A stretch of DNA of 64,000 bases from Balamuthia mandrillaris (taxonomy: Eukaryota): positions 1 to 64,000 of the forward strand of contig JAVKOQ020000116.1 in NCBI GenBank assembly GCA_031835245.2, given 5' to 3'. The notes below the pieces were generated by a model, which saw nothing but the letters and a program-made list of their open reading frames with translations, did not search any database and was not told where the DNA came from. Positions 36,115 through 49,232 of the stretch are shown here, piece after piece (position 1 is the stretch's first letter; each line of letters opens with the position of its first letter). The position numbers were made by a program, and so were the translations under genes.

Positions 36115-36331
36115 TCTCTCTCTCCTTTTTCTTAACAACGAAACAAAAAAAAAAAACAGAATGGATTGCCAAATGATAACGGGACTGTGTGTGTACGTGC
36201 ACCTCCGCACGTTCATCAAGCCAGCTGCAGTAACGGTGGGGGCTCTGCTGGGCCACGCCGCCATGCTGCCTCGTCCTCAACTCATCGAACTTCGCGACCA
36301 ACTCGACAAACTCATTCAAGGCCGCATCTAA
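34437..36331 (+). CDS. CDS1: Phosphatidate cytidylyltransferase (CDP-DAG synthase)
   Basis: [55 protein letters not shown] motifs; multi-TM. Confidence 0.95.
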
Positions 36332-36516
36332 AAGGAAAAAATCAGCACCTCTCAGACATTCTTCTTCGTTCCCTTTTCCTCTTTTGTTGTTTTGTTTTGT
36401 GGAAAGTAACTCGTCAACATTTGCATTGTTTTAAACTCTCATTCTCATTCTTGTTCTCTTTCATGTCTTGTCGTCCTGCTTTCTTGTCGTTTTTCTTTCT
36501 TTCTTGTTTCGGTCTG

Positions 36517-37774
36517 TTAAGCACATTTGGGGCAAGCACATCTAAAGGAGTACGGATAAAGCAACGCTCTCTGTCGCTCCTCTTTGTCAGCCCGTTCATC
36601 GATGTACGACATCAACAGCTCTTCTCCTGCTTCGATATCCCGCAAGGCCCAACAAATAAGTGTGCTGTCTTCCTGTCTGTTTTGTGCTCCGTCCTCTTCT
36701 TTCTCGCTGCTCGTCTTTTTCTTGTCGTTGCTGTTCTCGTTGAACCCAAACACTTGAACGTTTGGCTCGCAGCTGTGATTCAAGCATGATTGTACTGCAT
36801 ACAATCCAGTTCCCCAACACGCCGGGAACTCAAACTCGTTTTCTTCATCTTCATCCTCTTCGTCCTCCTCGTCCTCTTCTTTCTCCTTATCTTTTTCTTT
36901 ACCTTTTTCTTTACTCTCTTTCTCTTCATCTTCTTCGTCCTCCTCTTCTTCATCTTCTCCTTCGTGGTGATGGTCGTGATCGTGGTCGCAGTCGATGCAA
37001 GCAGAAGACTCGAGTTGTTCGTTGACAGCGGCTAAAACGGAGCTGAGCTCCTCGCGAACGCTCTCGTATTCTTCGGGAGTTAGGCGCCGCTCCAAGTTGC
37101 CAAAGTAACGCTCCAGCGGGGAACGGATTTGGAGGTAGAGAGAGTTCAGCTCTAACATTCCCATGATGTCGCTATAGAATTCTTCTGTGAATACTGTTAT
37201 ATAATGTTTTTTGTTAGTTTCTATCTTTTTTTTTCTTTAAGCAGGGAGAAGTACATGAAGAAAAAAAAGAAGCACACGAAGATGAAGAAGAAGAACAAGA
37301 ACAAGAACAACAACGAGAAGAAGAACAAGAGCAGCAAGAACAACAAGAAGATAAGAAAATGAAGAAGAACCAGGAGCAGAACAATAACAAGAAGGAGGAC
37401 GTACGTTGAGGGTACTTGTCCGAGAAAGGTTGGAAAGCCTGACGCAACAAAGCAAGAGACTGGCCCAAATCTCGTTTCAGTTCCACCTTCCAACGTTGGC
37501 GTCGTTCTTCCTCTTCTTCCGCTGTCTTTTGTGCGTCATCGTCTTCTTCAGGAGATGGTTTAACCTCCCACCAAGGCGCTCGCACAAATTGCCCGAAAGG
37601 GTACCATGCTTTGGAAACATCGCCGCCATTTCTTTCTGCCTCGAGGACTGTTTTGGCGATGATGGCGGCCGCCAAACGAAAAGCATCGCACCCGCTCTCT
37701 GTATATGGATAAATGATTTAAGAGAAGAGATAGAGAATAGATCAGAATGATGCCCTATCTTTCAATCCGTCAAA

Positions 37775-37833
<59 letters not shown>

Positions 37834-38687
37834 CAAGACGAGACGAACCAATAGCGTGAGTATCAAAGGCATAGAGGGGATGCCCAGGAACAGGGCGTGA
37901 AGTACGCCAGCTGAGGAGCTTTTGGTGAGAGGCAAGAGCTCGTTCCCGACAGGAAACACTGCAGTAACGCTCCACACCACCTTCCGAGCAAGGAAGAGAA
38001 GATGGCAATGGCTCTTTGCTTCCCATGCAACGCTCTTGGAAGGGCAATGCCTGCTCTGCAGCGAACAAACAACATATAGTCTGTCAATTGAGAACATAGA
38101 AGCAGAGAAGAAAGGAGCAAGGAAAGATCAAGTAAAGCGAAGAGAAAGACTGACCAGGAGAATACGGTCGAGAAGTTTCAGCGGTGATCAAAGCCAGTTG
38201 ACCTTCCAGCGAGCCCACAAACCGGAGACAATAGGCACATGCTTCCACTTGCGCCTTTTTTTTACCATACGTTCAGCCGTAAGGAAAGAAAGAATAGCGA
38301 GCGAACGACGGATCAACCGCGTCAGAACAGACCTTATTCGGAGTGTCTTGCAAGGCGATGAGAGGTTTCTCTTTGAATATGATGGAGCCAGCGGGTATCT
38401 TCCGGAGGGCGAAAAGACCTTTTCCTTTCTCCTTCGATTCCCATTTCACAGCCAGCGTTTCCGCTACGCTAAACCGATCTGTTTTTTTTTTTTACTCCGT
38501 TTAAGAGAGAGAGAGAGAGAGAAGAGAGAAACGACGCGCACGTACCGGAACCGCTCTGAATGACCTCGCTGTTCGCCAAAACGCCGTCAAAGTATGCCTC
38601 AGCGAAAGGCGCACTGCCCGGCCGCACCCGCTCCACCTCCATCTGCTCTTCTTTTCTTTTGACTTTTTTCCCAATTTCTGACGACAT
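36517..38687 (-). CDS. SET/MYND lysine methyltransferase, SMYD5-like
   Basis: KGKGLFA..I..G.IIFKEKPL, CAYCLRF, YCSVSCR, QSCLNHSCEPN, ALRDIEAGEELLMSYID and post-SET FRCACPKC. Confidence 0.88.
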
Positions 38688-38832
38688 GTCGACAATGATG
38701 ACATCATCGGATCAAATTAGGTCGACATGTCGGCATTTATCATCGGATCAATGATGACATCATCGGATCAAATTAGGTCGACATGTCGACAATGATGACA
38801 TCATCGGATTAAATTAGGTCGACATGTCGACA
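38683..38832. repeat. About 41-bp tandem repeat built from palindromes GTCGACATGTCGAC and ATGATG-A-CATCAT, at the SMYD gene start
   Basis: About 3.5 imperfect copies of gtcgacatgtcgacaatgatgacatcatcggatcaaattag. Confidence 0.9.
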
Positions 38833-39560
38833 CTCCATGTGTGCCTTTTCGTGAAGGAAAGGTTGTGTAATGTTCGGTGTGCTCTCTTGGCAGAGCTCTT
38901 TTGCCATCCCACAACCAAAGTCTGAGCAGCTTGGCGGTTGATAAGGGTGAAGCGGGAGAGGTTTTTTCTCCATCTTTACGCTCGGGGTAAAGCCATATTT
39001 GCAAGTGACCGCCTTAGGGATGCATGGCTTTTTGCTGGTTGAAAACTACTTCATCCAATACCTCTGCAGAAAGGCAAATTTCTGGACTCTCTCAAAAAGC
39101 TCCTGTTTTGGCTCTCTCTCTGTCAGAGTGCTGAGACGTGAAACTTTTTTTCATTCTTAAAATAAAAAACAAAACCAAGGTGTTAGTCAGGAATGCTGGC
39201 CGTTGCCGTGGCTTTCGGCCGTACCAATAATTCACACATAAACCACAATCCTCTTTATTTTTTTTATGTTCGGTTGTTGTCTTCCCAGGTGTGCAAATGT
39301 TTGTAGTTTTTGAAGTACACCATTATATTTCTCTCATAAAGTGAGAGCCCCTTGAAACAGCTCCTCCCACAGAGCAAGCCAACAAACAGTGCGGTTCACT
39401 TTCTTTTGTTCTTTCATTCCAGATGGAACACGTTCTCACTTCTGGAATTATTGCCGAGATTAATCGAATGATTGCCGATAAATTTGTATATTTTGTGAAT
39501 AATTGTGTTTGTTTTTTTTTTGCGGACAGCTGGGAAACGTAACCAGAAGAAGAAGAGAAG

Positions 39561-39934
39561 ATGGCGTCCTACTTGCAGCGAGAGTGTAACAAGGAGCTTT
39601 TGGCCCAACTCCCTGAGCCCAAGGAGGTGTGGGCTTTTTTCTTGATGCTGTTCGTTCCTTCTTCTTCTCTCTGTTTCTTTCTTTGTATTTATTTGATGCT
39701 GAGCCTTGGTGCTGATGAACACTATATAATGAAAATAATGAAGAACGGAGATCCCGCGGATGTCCAGCCACTTGGACGCGCTGCGCCAACACCTGTTGCA
39801 GCTGGCAGAGTCATGGGAAGGCTGCCAAGGCTTCACCGACGAAATCGGCAACGTCCTCATTCGCAAGTACGTTCGTTTTTTATTTTCGCCACTTAGAGCA
39901 AGCTTGCTTGTCGTTCTCGTCACTCTCTTCTCAC

Positions 39935-39988
<54 letters not shown>

Positions 39989-41633
39989 TCTCTGCTTCTC
40001 TGCACTGTCTGACTGAACTGGTATGACTGCTTGCCGCACAACAGAAAAGCGGCAAAGGGTTGGGAGGAGGTACCCTCTGTGGCCATTCAGTGTCACATGG
40101 ACATGGTGTGCTCCGCCAACGAGGGCACCGTGTTCGACTTCCTCAAGGACCCCATCAATTGTGAGATCTCTGGCGAGGTAACTCAAGCGCGGGCTTGTCT
40201 TCCTTGTTCTTCAGTGCATTTTGTCGCTAAACTGGTGTGTTTGAGCAGTGGTTGAAAGCCAAAGGAACAACTTTGGGCTCAGACAACGGCATGGGCCTGG
40301 CTGCCTGCCTTGCGATTCTTGCAAACCCAGACGCCCTCCACGGACCTCTGGAGTGCTTGTTCACCGTGTACTTTCTTCCTTCTTCCTTCTTCTTCTTGTC
40401 TGCTGCTCTTTTACCTTTCTCTCTTTTTTTGACCCTTTTTTTATGCTTCCTTTATTTTAGAGATGAAGAAACAACAATGGCAGGAGCAGAGTTCTTGGCA
40501 CCAGCTCCTTTTATGCAAAGCAAGATCCTCATCAATGTGGACAGCGAGGAAGAGGAGGCCATCTGCATCGGCTGCGCAGGCGGCTTTGAAGTCCACATCA
40601 CCATCCCAGTGGAACGAACCACCACGCCTGAAACGCTGACTCGTCTCTCTGTTGCATTGAAGGGATTGGTAGGTGGTCACACTGGCATCGACATTCACAA
40701 GGGCAGGGCCAACGCCATCAAAGTTTTGTCACGCATGTTGGCCCATACCATGGAGGAAGATGTCCCTGGTTTGCGGCTTTGCTCTTTGGAGGGTGGTGGT
40801 GCCGTCAACACCATCCCTAGGGAATGCTTTGCGCAAGTGGCGCTGCCTGAGGACAAGGTGTCTCTCTTTAAGGAAAAGATGGAGCAGCTGTTGGCTGTCG
40901 TGAAGCAGGAGCATATCAGCATTGAGGAGAACATCATTCTCCTCATCGAACCTGTCACTCAACAACAGCAAGACGAGCAACCGCCGCTTGACGCTGCCTC
41001 CACCCAAAAGGTATGACTCTCATCCTTTCTCTCTTCTGTCGTCACTGTTTTTCTTTTTTCATTATCTCTTTTCTTTTTGTTCTTTCTCTCTGTCTTCTCT
41101 TTACAAAGATCTAACAACAAACACGTTAGGTCTTTGATTTCATAGCAAGCATGCTGCACGGCGCTCTTCGTAACGTTCCGTTCGACCAGAAAGAAGTGGA
41201 GACCTCCATCAGCTGCTCCGTCGTCAAGCTGAGCCAAGACCACCTCTTCATCCACCCATTCGCCCGTTCCTCCTCCGACTCCCAACTGCACGACGTCAGG
41301 AAGAGGTTGCAGGGTTTGGTCCGTCTTGCTGGCGGCCGCATCTCAGAGATGCTCAACTACGCCCCCGGATGGAATCCCGACATGGAGAGCAAGGCGCTGG
41401 TGGTGGTCAAGGAGGCCTGCGAGAAGGTGTTCGGCAAGGAGCCGCGCATCTACTCGGTGCATGCCGGCTTGGAGTGCGGCTTCGTCAAGGGGAGGTACCC
41501 CGACATGGACTGCGTGAGCATCGGGCCGGACATCAGGGACGCTCACACGCCTGATGAGAAGTGCTGCATTCCTTCCGTCAAGCGATTCTTTGACCTGCTC
41601 TTGTTGTCCTTGCAAGGATTTAAACAGAACTAG
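39561..41633 (+). CDS. pepD: Aminoacyl-histidine dipeptidase (peptidase M20C, PepD-like)
   Basis: DEIGNVLIRK, IQCHMDMV, GTTLGSDNGMG, DEET..GA, INVDSE, GGHTGIDIH.GRANA, HAGLECG and HTPDE motifs. Confidence 0.92.
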
Positions 41634-41890
41634 AGAACAAAAACAAACAAAAGAGGGAGTCTTTGGATCCTTTTCCTTTAGCTCTTCTTCTTCTTCTGCG
41701 GTCTCTTTGTTTCTGTTTTCCTTTATTATTTTTATTATTTTTATTATTTTTATTTTTTTTATTTTATTTTATTTAAAAAAAAATTAAATAATTCCAAGAA
41801 TGTTTGGTATGTGAAAAATAAGAATGGTAAGAATGATTGGAATTGCATATTTGACATTCTTTATAAAGAAGAAGAAAAAGAACGAAAGAG

Positions 41891-42660
41891 ATGGAAGAGA
41901 GCCACATCCTTGCTTCTGTGACTCGCAAACCGGCTGTCCACCAACGCACAGAGCCTTGCGAAACCCGAAAAAAGTACAGGAGCACCAAGAAAGAAACCGC
42001 TGTAAAAGTATACACTGTAAATCAAGAATCGAGGTTCGCCATTCTTGTTTTAAAGTTTGTGGTTGGATGCTTTGTTCTCATTCGCTTCTTTTCTTTTTCA
42101 TTTTTACAAAACTTAAAAAACAGATATCTCATTGTGCAAAACGTTCCAACAGTTGGAGCCTCCAAAGAACTCATCAACCTTTTTGCATTGTATGGCACCA
42201 TTGAAGAGTATGTTTTCTCCTCTTTCATCCCTTCATTCTTTCTCCGCTGCCCTGCTTCTCTCTTCTCTTCACTCTCTCCTCTCTCTATTTCTTTCTCTTT
42301 GCACGTTCTCAGCTTCTCTGCCGCTCTCTTCTCTCTCTCTTCTCTATTTCTCTTCTTTTGTTATGCGTATCTCCATTTCTCACATCTTCTTTTGCTGCAC
42401 AAACAAAAATGAATGCTGTGAAGATGGAGGTTTCTGGATGACTACCCTGCTCCCGAATATACCGAGGTTTACTGGATAAGATACGCGCACATCGCGGAGG
42501 CGAGGTTTGCCAAGAAGAAGTGCAACAACTATAACTTTTTCGGATCCCTGTTGCATGTGGCCTATGCTCCTGAGTTTGAGACAATCTCTGATACGTGCCT
42601 GAAGCTCGAAGAGAGACGATCCACCATCCTTCATAAACTTCATCGTAATTTTCGCTTCTC

Positions 42661-42707
<47 letters not shown>

Positions 42708-43081
42708 TGTCTCTCTGTCTCTGTCTGTTTTATCCTCATGATCTCATTATGGTTTTCGCTTGTTTAGCAAAACGGTCCTATTCTTCTTTGCGGTCTCCAC
42801 TGTCATCATCTCCATCTCCATCTCCATCTCCATCTTCACCTTCATCTTCATCTTCATCGCTGCCTCAAGTCCAAGCCGAAACAGCAACACAACATAAACG
42901 ACCTCGTCTTTCCTCCAACAGCTCGGATACTCCTTCTTCCTCAACAACAACTTCGTCGTCCGTCAACGCCACTGTCCTCTCTGTTCGCAACAAGCTTCAA
43001 AAGATATCTAAACACAAAGCGCCAAGACCAACCATGACGAGCCGCAACAACAGGGCCCATCCTTCTTCCTCCTCTTCTTGA
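41891..43081 (+). CDS. RBM48: RNA-binding protein 48 (minor spliceosome component)
   Basis: AVKVYTVNQESRYLIVQNVP.VG..ELI.LFALYG.IEE..LDDYPA.E.TEVY, ARFAKKK, FFGSLLHVAYAPEFET...KLEERR. Confidence 0.9.
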
Positions 43082-43168
43082 CCGGCTGAAAGTTAAACAA
43101 AGGAAATAGAAAATAAGAAAGAAATAAGAAAAGAAAAAAACTAGTTTGCCGTAGAAAGAAGAGCGGAG

Positions 43169-43710
43169 ATGTGGCAGTATTGGTTGTTCGTGGCGAACAC
43201 GGTCGTCGAAGCAGTTGCCGGTTTGGGCTCCCTGCTGAACCCCAACTTCATGCCCACTTTTTCCAAAGTACGTCTCAAAAAACTTTTATGTAACGCTCTG
43301 GTCCTATGGTGTAACACTTGTTGTTCTCTTTTTTGCTCCTCCTCTTCTGCATCAAATAGTTGCAAGCGCCACAGGGTCTCACGGCGGTGAGATGGTGGAG
43401 CGCTGCTGTGTTGGCGCTCGCAGTGACCAGCTTCTTCCTTGCCGGAGGTTTCTCTTCTCTCTTCCTCTTCTTCTGTCAAGTCTCTCTTCCTCTCTCATCT
43501 TTTCAATTTCAACGCAACACAGCTCCGGACACAGAAAAGTCGAAACAGGGCTTCGCGGCCGGAATGGGCCTCTACCACCTGTTCCTGACCTTCATGGTGC
43601 TCAAAGAGAAAGCCATCGTCCAGATCGGCGGAGTTCTCATCCACGTTCCCCTCGCCCTCGGCTTTGCTTACTTTGTTTACCTTGGCGGAGGTCTCACCCT
43701 TCCATTCTAA
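43169..43710 (+). CDS. Small ~4-TM membrane protein, tandem copy 1
   Basis: Three exons; about 124 aa, hydrophobic; paralogous to 43879-44404. Confidence 0.8.
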
Positions 43711-43878
43711 ACGCACACACCCCTAAGAAAAAAGCTTTCTCTTCATCGTTCTCTTCTCTTCGTCGATCTCTTCATCGTTCTCTTCTCTTCTCTTCTTCTC
43801 TCTCTCCCTCTCTCCTGAAAAAAGAAACGTTAGTTTAATAAAACAGAAAAAGAAAGAGAAGAGAAACAACGCTCAGAG

Positions 43879-44404
43879 ATGTGGCAGTACTGGTTGTTTG
43901 TGGTGAACGCGGCCATCGAAGGAGGGGCCGGTCTGGTGTCCTTGCTCAACCCTAACATCATGCCCACTTTTTCCAAAGTACCCTTTTTTTTTCTTGAAAT
44001 CTTTGACGATTGAGCCCTTTGTGATTTGATTACTTTGTTTTTGATGAAAAAACAGTTGCAAGCGCCGCAAGGTCTCACCGCAGTGAGATGGTGGAGCGCT
44101 GCCGTGTTGGCTCTAGCAGTGACCAGCTTCTTCCTTGCCGCAGGTTTCTAGATCCCTCATCCGCTGATGCACATCTCACCACCCGCTTCTTCTTTAAAAA
44201 AACAAATCAGCTCCCGACACAGAGAAATCCAAACAGGGCTTCGCGGCCGGAATGGGCCTCTACCACCTGTGCCTCACGCTCATGGTGCTCAAAGAGAAGG
44301 ATGTCAGCATCAAGATCGGCGCCCTTCTGGTCCACCTTCCCCTCACCCTCGCCTTTGGCTATTTCCTTTATCTTGGGGGCGGAGGTCTCGTCCTTCCTTT
44401 CTGA
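43879..44404 (+). CDS. Small ~4-TM membrane protein, tandem copy 2
   Basis: Same intron positions as copy 1; MWQYWLFV..., LQAPQGLTAVRWWSAAVLALAVTSFFL and KSKQGFAAGMGLYH are shared. Confidence 0.8.
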
Positions 44405-44549
44405 ACACACAACAAGGTTATCTCACTCCCATGCTTTGCTCTCTTGTCTCTTCGTCGTTCTCTGCTTCTCTTCCCTTCTTGTGCTTCTTCTTTACATCTC
44501 TCCCCTCCATTGTCTGAGTAATCGTTTTTTGTTTTGTTAGTTGTTGGTT

Positions 44550-45464
44550 TCAATATCGTCCATTCTTCTTCTTCTTTTTGTTGTTGTTGTTGTTGAAAGG
44601 TTTTTTGCTCCTCGACACATCTCCCGCGAAACCATTCGCCTCGTTCTTTCGACTCTCATCAAAACGTCTTCTTTTTTGTTGCTGTTGTTGTTGTCCTGGC
44701 TGTGTTTGTCTTCTTCCATAATAATCGTTGTTGTCACCTCCTCCTCTTCTCTTTCCGTCTCTGCCTTTTGCTTCTGTTGCAGCAGACGAAAGAGAAGAAT
44801 CCGTTGCTTGAGCGTTATTATTCGCTGATGTCTCTTTTCGCTTGCGCAGCAACAGTCGTTTCTCTTTGTTGGTCATTTGCTGGAGCAGAGCTTCTGCCGC
44901 GTCCTCATCCCTCGTCCCCAATTCGTTGTTGAGTTTGTTGATGAGCTTCTTGCTGTCTCTCTTTCGCTTCTTGTCGGAATCTCTTCTTTTGCGTTCCTGT
45001 TCTTTGGCTTGCTGCTTCACCACGTTCCGATACCATTTCTCCATCTTCTTGTCTCCTCTTTGCAACGTTCCTTTCTTCTTCTTTTTTCCGTTTTGCCGAT
45101 AATTCATTGCTTCCTCTTCCAAATCGTATTGTTCGTCTTCTTCGCTTTCATCATCATAATAACGTCGTCGATCATCCATATCACTTAAACTGCTTCTCTT
45201 TCGTTTTAAGTTACGATGAGATCGAGAAGATGAAGGTGAAGGAGGCAGAAAGCGTTCTGCAGTGGTGAGATAGTCCTGTGCTTCCTCGTCAAAGACGAGC
45301 CAAGTGCCGTTGCTGTCCCTTCGTTTTGGCGGCTGCTTGGTGTACCCTCCCATCTCGTCCATTGTTGAAAGAGAACAGTTCTTTTGTATTTGTTTTGGTT
45401 GCAAATGTTTAGGAGAGAGAAGAGAAAGAGAAGCAGAGAACAGAGAACAGAGAGAAGAGCAAAA

Positions 45465-45502
<38 letters not shown>

Positions 45503-46751
45503 AGCGAGAAAAGGGGAGTTACGAAAAAACCTGTCCAACATGACCACGACGCCCACAATTGTAACAAAACTTACGTTTAGGTGAGGGAAGAAGCAAAGGA
45601 CCAGAGGAAACGACACCTTCACTTAAACGCCGCACACGTGTGGCAGGCTGCACTGCTTCCTCTTTCTCCACACAGATGACGTCGTCTTCTTCGTCAGCTG
45701 TGCTTGTCTTCATTTTGATGTGTCTTCCTTCATTTTCTGCTTCTTCCCCGTCTGAAATAACGATAACGTTCGAAGCACTCGAGTTACGATTCTTTTGTGG
45801 TAGCGTTGGCCATCGTTCCTCCGAGACAATGTTGATCAGAATGCTACCATCGTAGTCTTTGCCCTCCTCCTCGTCCTCTTCGCTATTCTCGTATTCTTTG
45901 TCATCCTCGTTCTCGTTCTCGACTTCTTCATCGCGTTCGCTATCGTTGTGTTCGTCTTTCAGGTTTCCTGCTTCTGCTCTTCCAATTGTTGGTATTGTTG
46001 CACTTTCATTGTTGAAGTCGATTTCTCTGACGTCGTAGAACTTGGGAGTGGTTTCTTGTTCTTGTGTCTTTTGTTTTTCCTTCTGGTTATTCTTCACCTT
46101 CTTTTCGTTCTTTCCTCCTTTCTTTTGCTCTTCCTCGTGTACCCCATTCAAACCTCTTTCTCCTCCTTCTCCTACCGATCCGTTTAATCCTTCCTCCTCT
46201 GTTCCCTTTTGTTTCTTCCCATTTGGTGTCGTTGTCTTTGTTGCCGTTGTTTCTTCTCTACTTCTTCCTCTGGGAAAGGAAGGAGAGTGCTCCCTCTCAC
46301 AATGAGCTGAAGATGATAATGAAGTTGAGGAGGAGGAAGTAGGAGATGGGTGAAGAGTACCTTCATTTTGAGCGTGTGAACTGCTTCTGTCCCGCCCAAA
46401 CAACCGCCGGTCATTGTTTCGTTCTCCTTCTTTGTTTGCTCCGTCTCTATCTCCATCATCGCTTTGTCTATTGCCTGTATCTTCTTCTCTGTCTCTTTCT
46501 CTATATCGATCTCTGTCTCTATTTCGGTCTCTATCTCTGTTTCTGTCTTCATTGTCGTATCGTTTTTGTCGTTTGTTGCGCTCATCTGGCCTGTCGTAGC
46601 GCTGATAGTCATCTTCTACTTCTCCTCCTCGTGACCGGCGTGATGATGAAGAATAACTGCTGCTTGACGATCCTCCTCTATCCCTCTCTCGGTAATATCC
46701 GTTGCAGTCCTTTATCCCACCAAAAATTAGTAATGCGCAACACAACGGATG

Positions 46752-46803
<52 letters not shown>

Positions 46804-47646
46804 GATGCAAAGAAGAAGATATAAAAAAGAGAGTATAATACTCTTGCTATGTGTCCTCTTTCGTTGCAACGATAACATGTTAACTTTTGAGGGCAATCCT
46901 GTGTGCACCAAACCGTTTTTGTCAAATAGAGACGCGAGAGAAGGCAGAAGAGAGAAGAGAGATACGCACTCTTGAGATGTGTCCTTCCTCATTACACACG
47001 TAGCAAAGCCTCGGAGGGCCTCCTCTCTTTTTTATTTTCGCTCTTCGTGTTAAAAAGAAACAAAAAACACCACACAAAAAGAACGACACGTACAGCAGAA
47101 CCTTCTTCGACGCACTCGAAGCTCATGTGACCCATTTGCCCACAAATAAAACACTTTACCGTTTGATTGGGTGTCTCCCAGTAGCGCTTTTTTTTTCTAA
47201 AGATTAAAAGAAAGAAAGACAAAGAACAAGAACAAGAGTGAGAGAGGGAGAGAGAGTGGGGGTACCCTTCTTCCGCCTCCGCCGCCTCCTCCGCCGCTTT
47301 TCTTTCCGCTTGTCCAATCTCCGCTGTCTTCTTCTTCTTCTGCGAGTTCTCCTTCCTCCGCCCCTCCCTCTTCCCCTCCTCCCCGTTTCCTCTTCTCCGC
47401 CCCTGCACTCGCCCGCCCTGGTTTCAACGCCTCATCGAACGCCCCGGTGTAGACCTTCAAGTAGAGCAAATCCTCCAGCTCCTCCCTGCGATGTTCTCCC
47501 CCTCCTCCTCCTCCTTCTTGGGTCTCGTGGTCCTCGTAGTCGTCCTCGCCCTCCTGGTTGTGATTGTTTTGGTTCAGCTCGCGCTCGTAGAGGTCGTACT
47601 CGCCATAGTCCTCCGCCCCATCGTTGAAGTAGAGGCCATCTGTCAT
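44550..47646 (-). CDS. CCHC zinc-knuckle protein, Air1/ZCCHC7-like
   Basis: RYW...CFICGQMGHMSFEC, CYVCNEEGHISRDC, CYRCNERGHIARDC and CYNCGRRGHVGQNC (spliced); RD/RE-rich region. Confidence 0.8.
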
Positions 47647-47971
47647 GACGCTCTGCGCTACTTCTTTTCTACTCTTTTTCTTTCTTTTCTTCTTTTTTCC
47701 TTTTCCTTGTTTTTGCTGCACAACAGGATAACAATTTGTGTACAATGCCCCGCCATAAGATTGGCTTAGACTTGCTGTCGATCGGTGTCGAACCGAGTTT
47801 CCTGGAAACAACATTTGCCGACAAAAACAAATGTGTCTGCACCGGGTTTCGAACCGAACGTCGGAAGAAATTATTTGTCGACACCTGGTGTTCAGAAAAA
47901 TTTGACAAACTATCGATATAACAGAATATATAGGACAGCAAGGAACCAAAAAAAAGAAATAGGAAAAAAGA

Positions 47972-49232
47972 ATGCAAGCCTCTTCGCTTGACTCCAGCGG
48001 AGAGCATGGCTCTACAGAAGAGGAGAGAAGCACACCCCACCACCAACGTTCCATGAAATGCGTCGTCATTGGTGATGGTTCGTTTTCAAGCCAAATATAA
48101 TTTTTTTTTTTGCTATATAGATGTTTCCGTTACATCTCGACTGATTGGGATGAACTTTTTTTTGTCCAGCTGCTGTTGGAAAGACCTCTCTTCTTACGGC
48201 CATCACGTTGAAGGGAGATGCCTCCGCTCTGCCCTCCTCCGCCGTGCAGGAGTTCCGCAAACGCATAACGCTGGATCAAGGCGAAGCCGCCGACTCCTCG
48301 GAGGGAGACGGGCCTCTCGTCGTCGACATCACCTTTGTGGACACGGCAGGAGAGCTGCACAACAAAAGAGGGGAGGAGCACTACCCCTCGGCTGATGTAT
48401 TTCTGCTTTGCTTCTCTATTATCAGCCCCTCTTCTTTTCAGAGTGTTCTCAATAAGGTACAATGGGTCTTTTTGCTTGTTCCTTGTTCTTTGTTCTTTGT
48501 TGTTCTTCTTGTTGTTCTTCTTGTTCTTCTTCTTCTTCTTCTTCTTCTTGTTCTTCTTCTTCTTCTTCTTCTTCTTCTTCTTCTTCTTCTTCTTCTTCTT
48601 CTGCTTCTTCTCCTCCTCTTCCTCCTTTTTCTTTTCTTTATCCCTACTCTAACTTATTGTGCTGTGATTCGTGCCTCTCAGTGGTATCCAACAGTGCGAG
48701 AGCATAACAAAACGGCCCCACTGGTGTTGGTTGGAATGAAGGTTGACCTTCGCTACGATCAAGGCATATTAACACGGCTGCAGGAGCGGAGGATGCAGCC
48801 CGTCACGGAACGTGAGGGTAAGGAGCTGCAACGCAAGATAGAGGCCAAAGACTACTTTGAGGTCTCTGTTTCGGAGATTGAAGTTTTGGAATTGTTGGTC
48901 ACTGAAGTGGTATTTCTTCATTCTCTTTCTTCTTGTTCTTGTTCTTGTTCTTGTTCTTCTTAAGTTTGTTATTGTTACATTGCACTTAGGTTAGGGAGGC
49001 AGTCGGTAAAACAAAAGGCAAAAAGAAGAGAAAGAAAGAGAAGAAGAAGAGCAGGAGAAAGTCAAGCTCTTCCAAGAGAGGCTCGAAAGAAAAACAAAAG
49101 GAAAAAGAGAAGGAAAGCGGGAGCAGCACCAACGGACTTGATGAAGAGGATGAAAGAGGACAACTCAACGAGGAGGACGAGGAGGATGGCCATCGTTCAA
49201 AGAATCGACGATCCGCTTGTTTACTCAGTTGA
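47972..49232 (+). CDS. Atypical Rho/Rac-family GTPase with long basic/acidic tail
   Basis: KCVVIGDAAVGKT, DTAGE, DVFLLCFSI.SP.SF..V.NKW, LVGMKVDLR and CAAX CLLS; 4 exons. Confidence 0.85.

Noticed and set aside
38683..38832. Palindromic repeats as a CRISPR array
   Set aside because: Units are contiguous with no unique spacers, there are no cas genes, and the context is eukaryotic.
38833..39500. Possible gene remnant between the SMYD and PepD genes
   Set aside because: Only short ORFs with no recognisable motif; cannot be supported.
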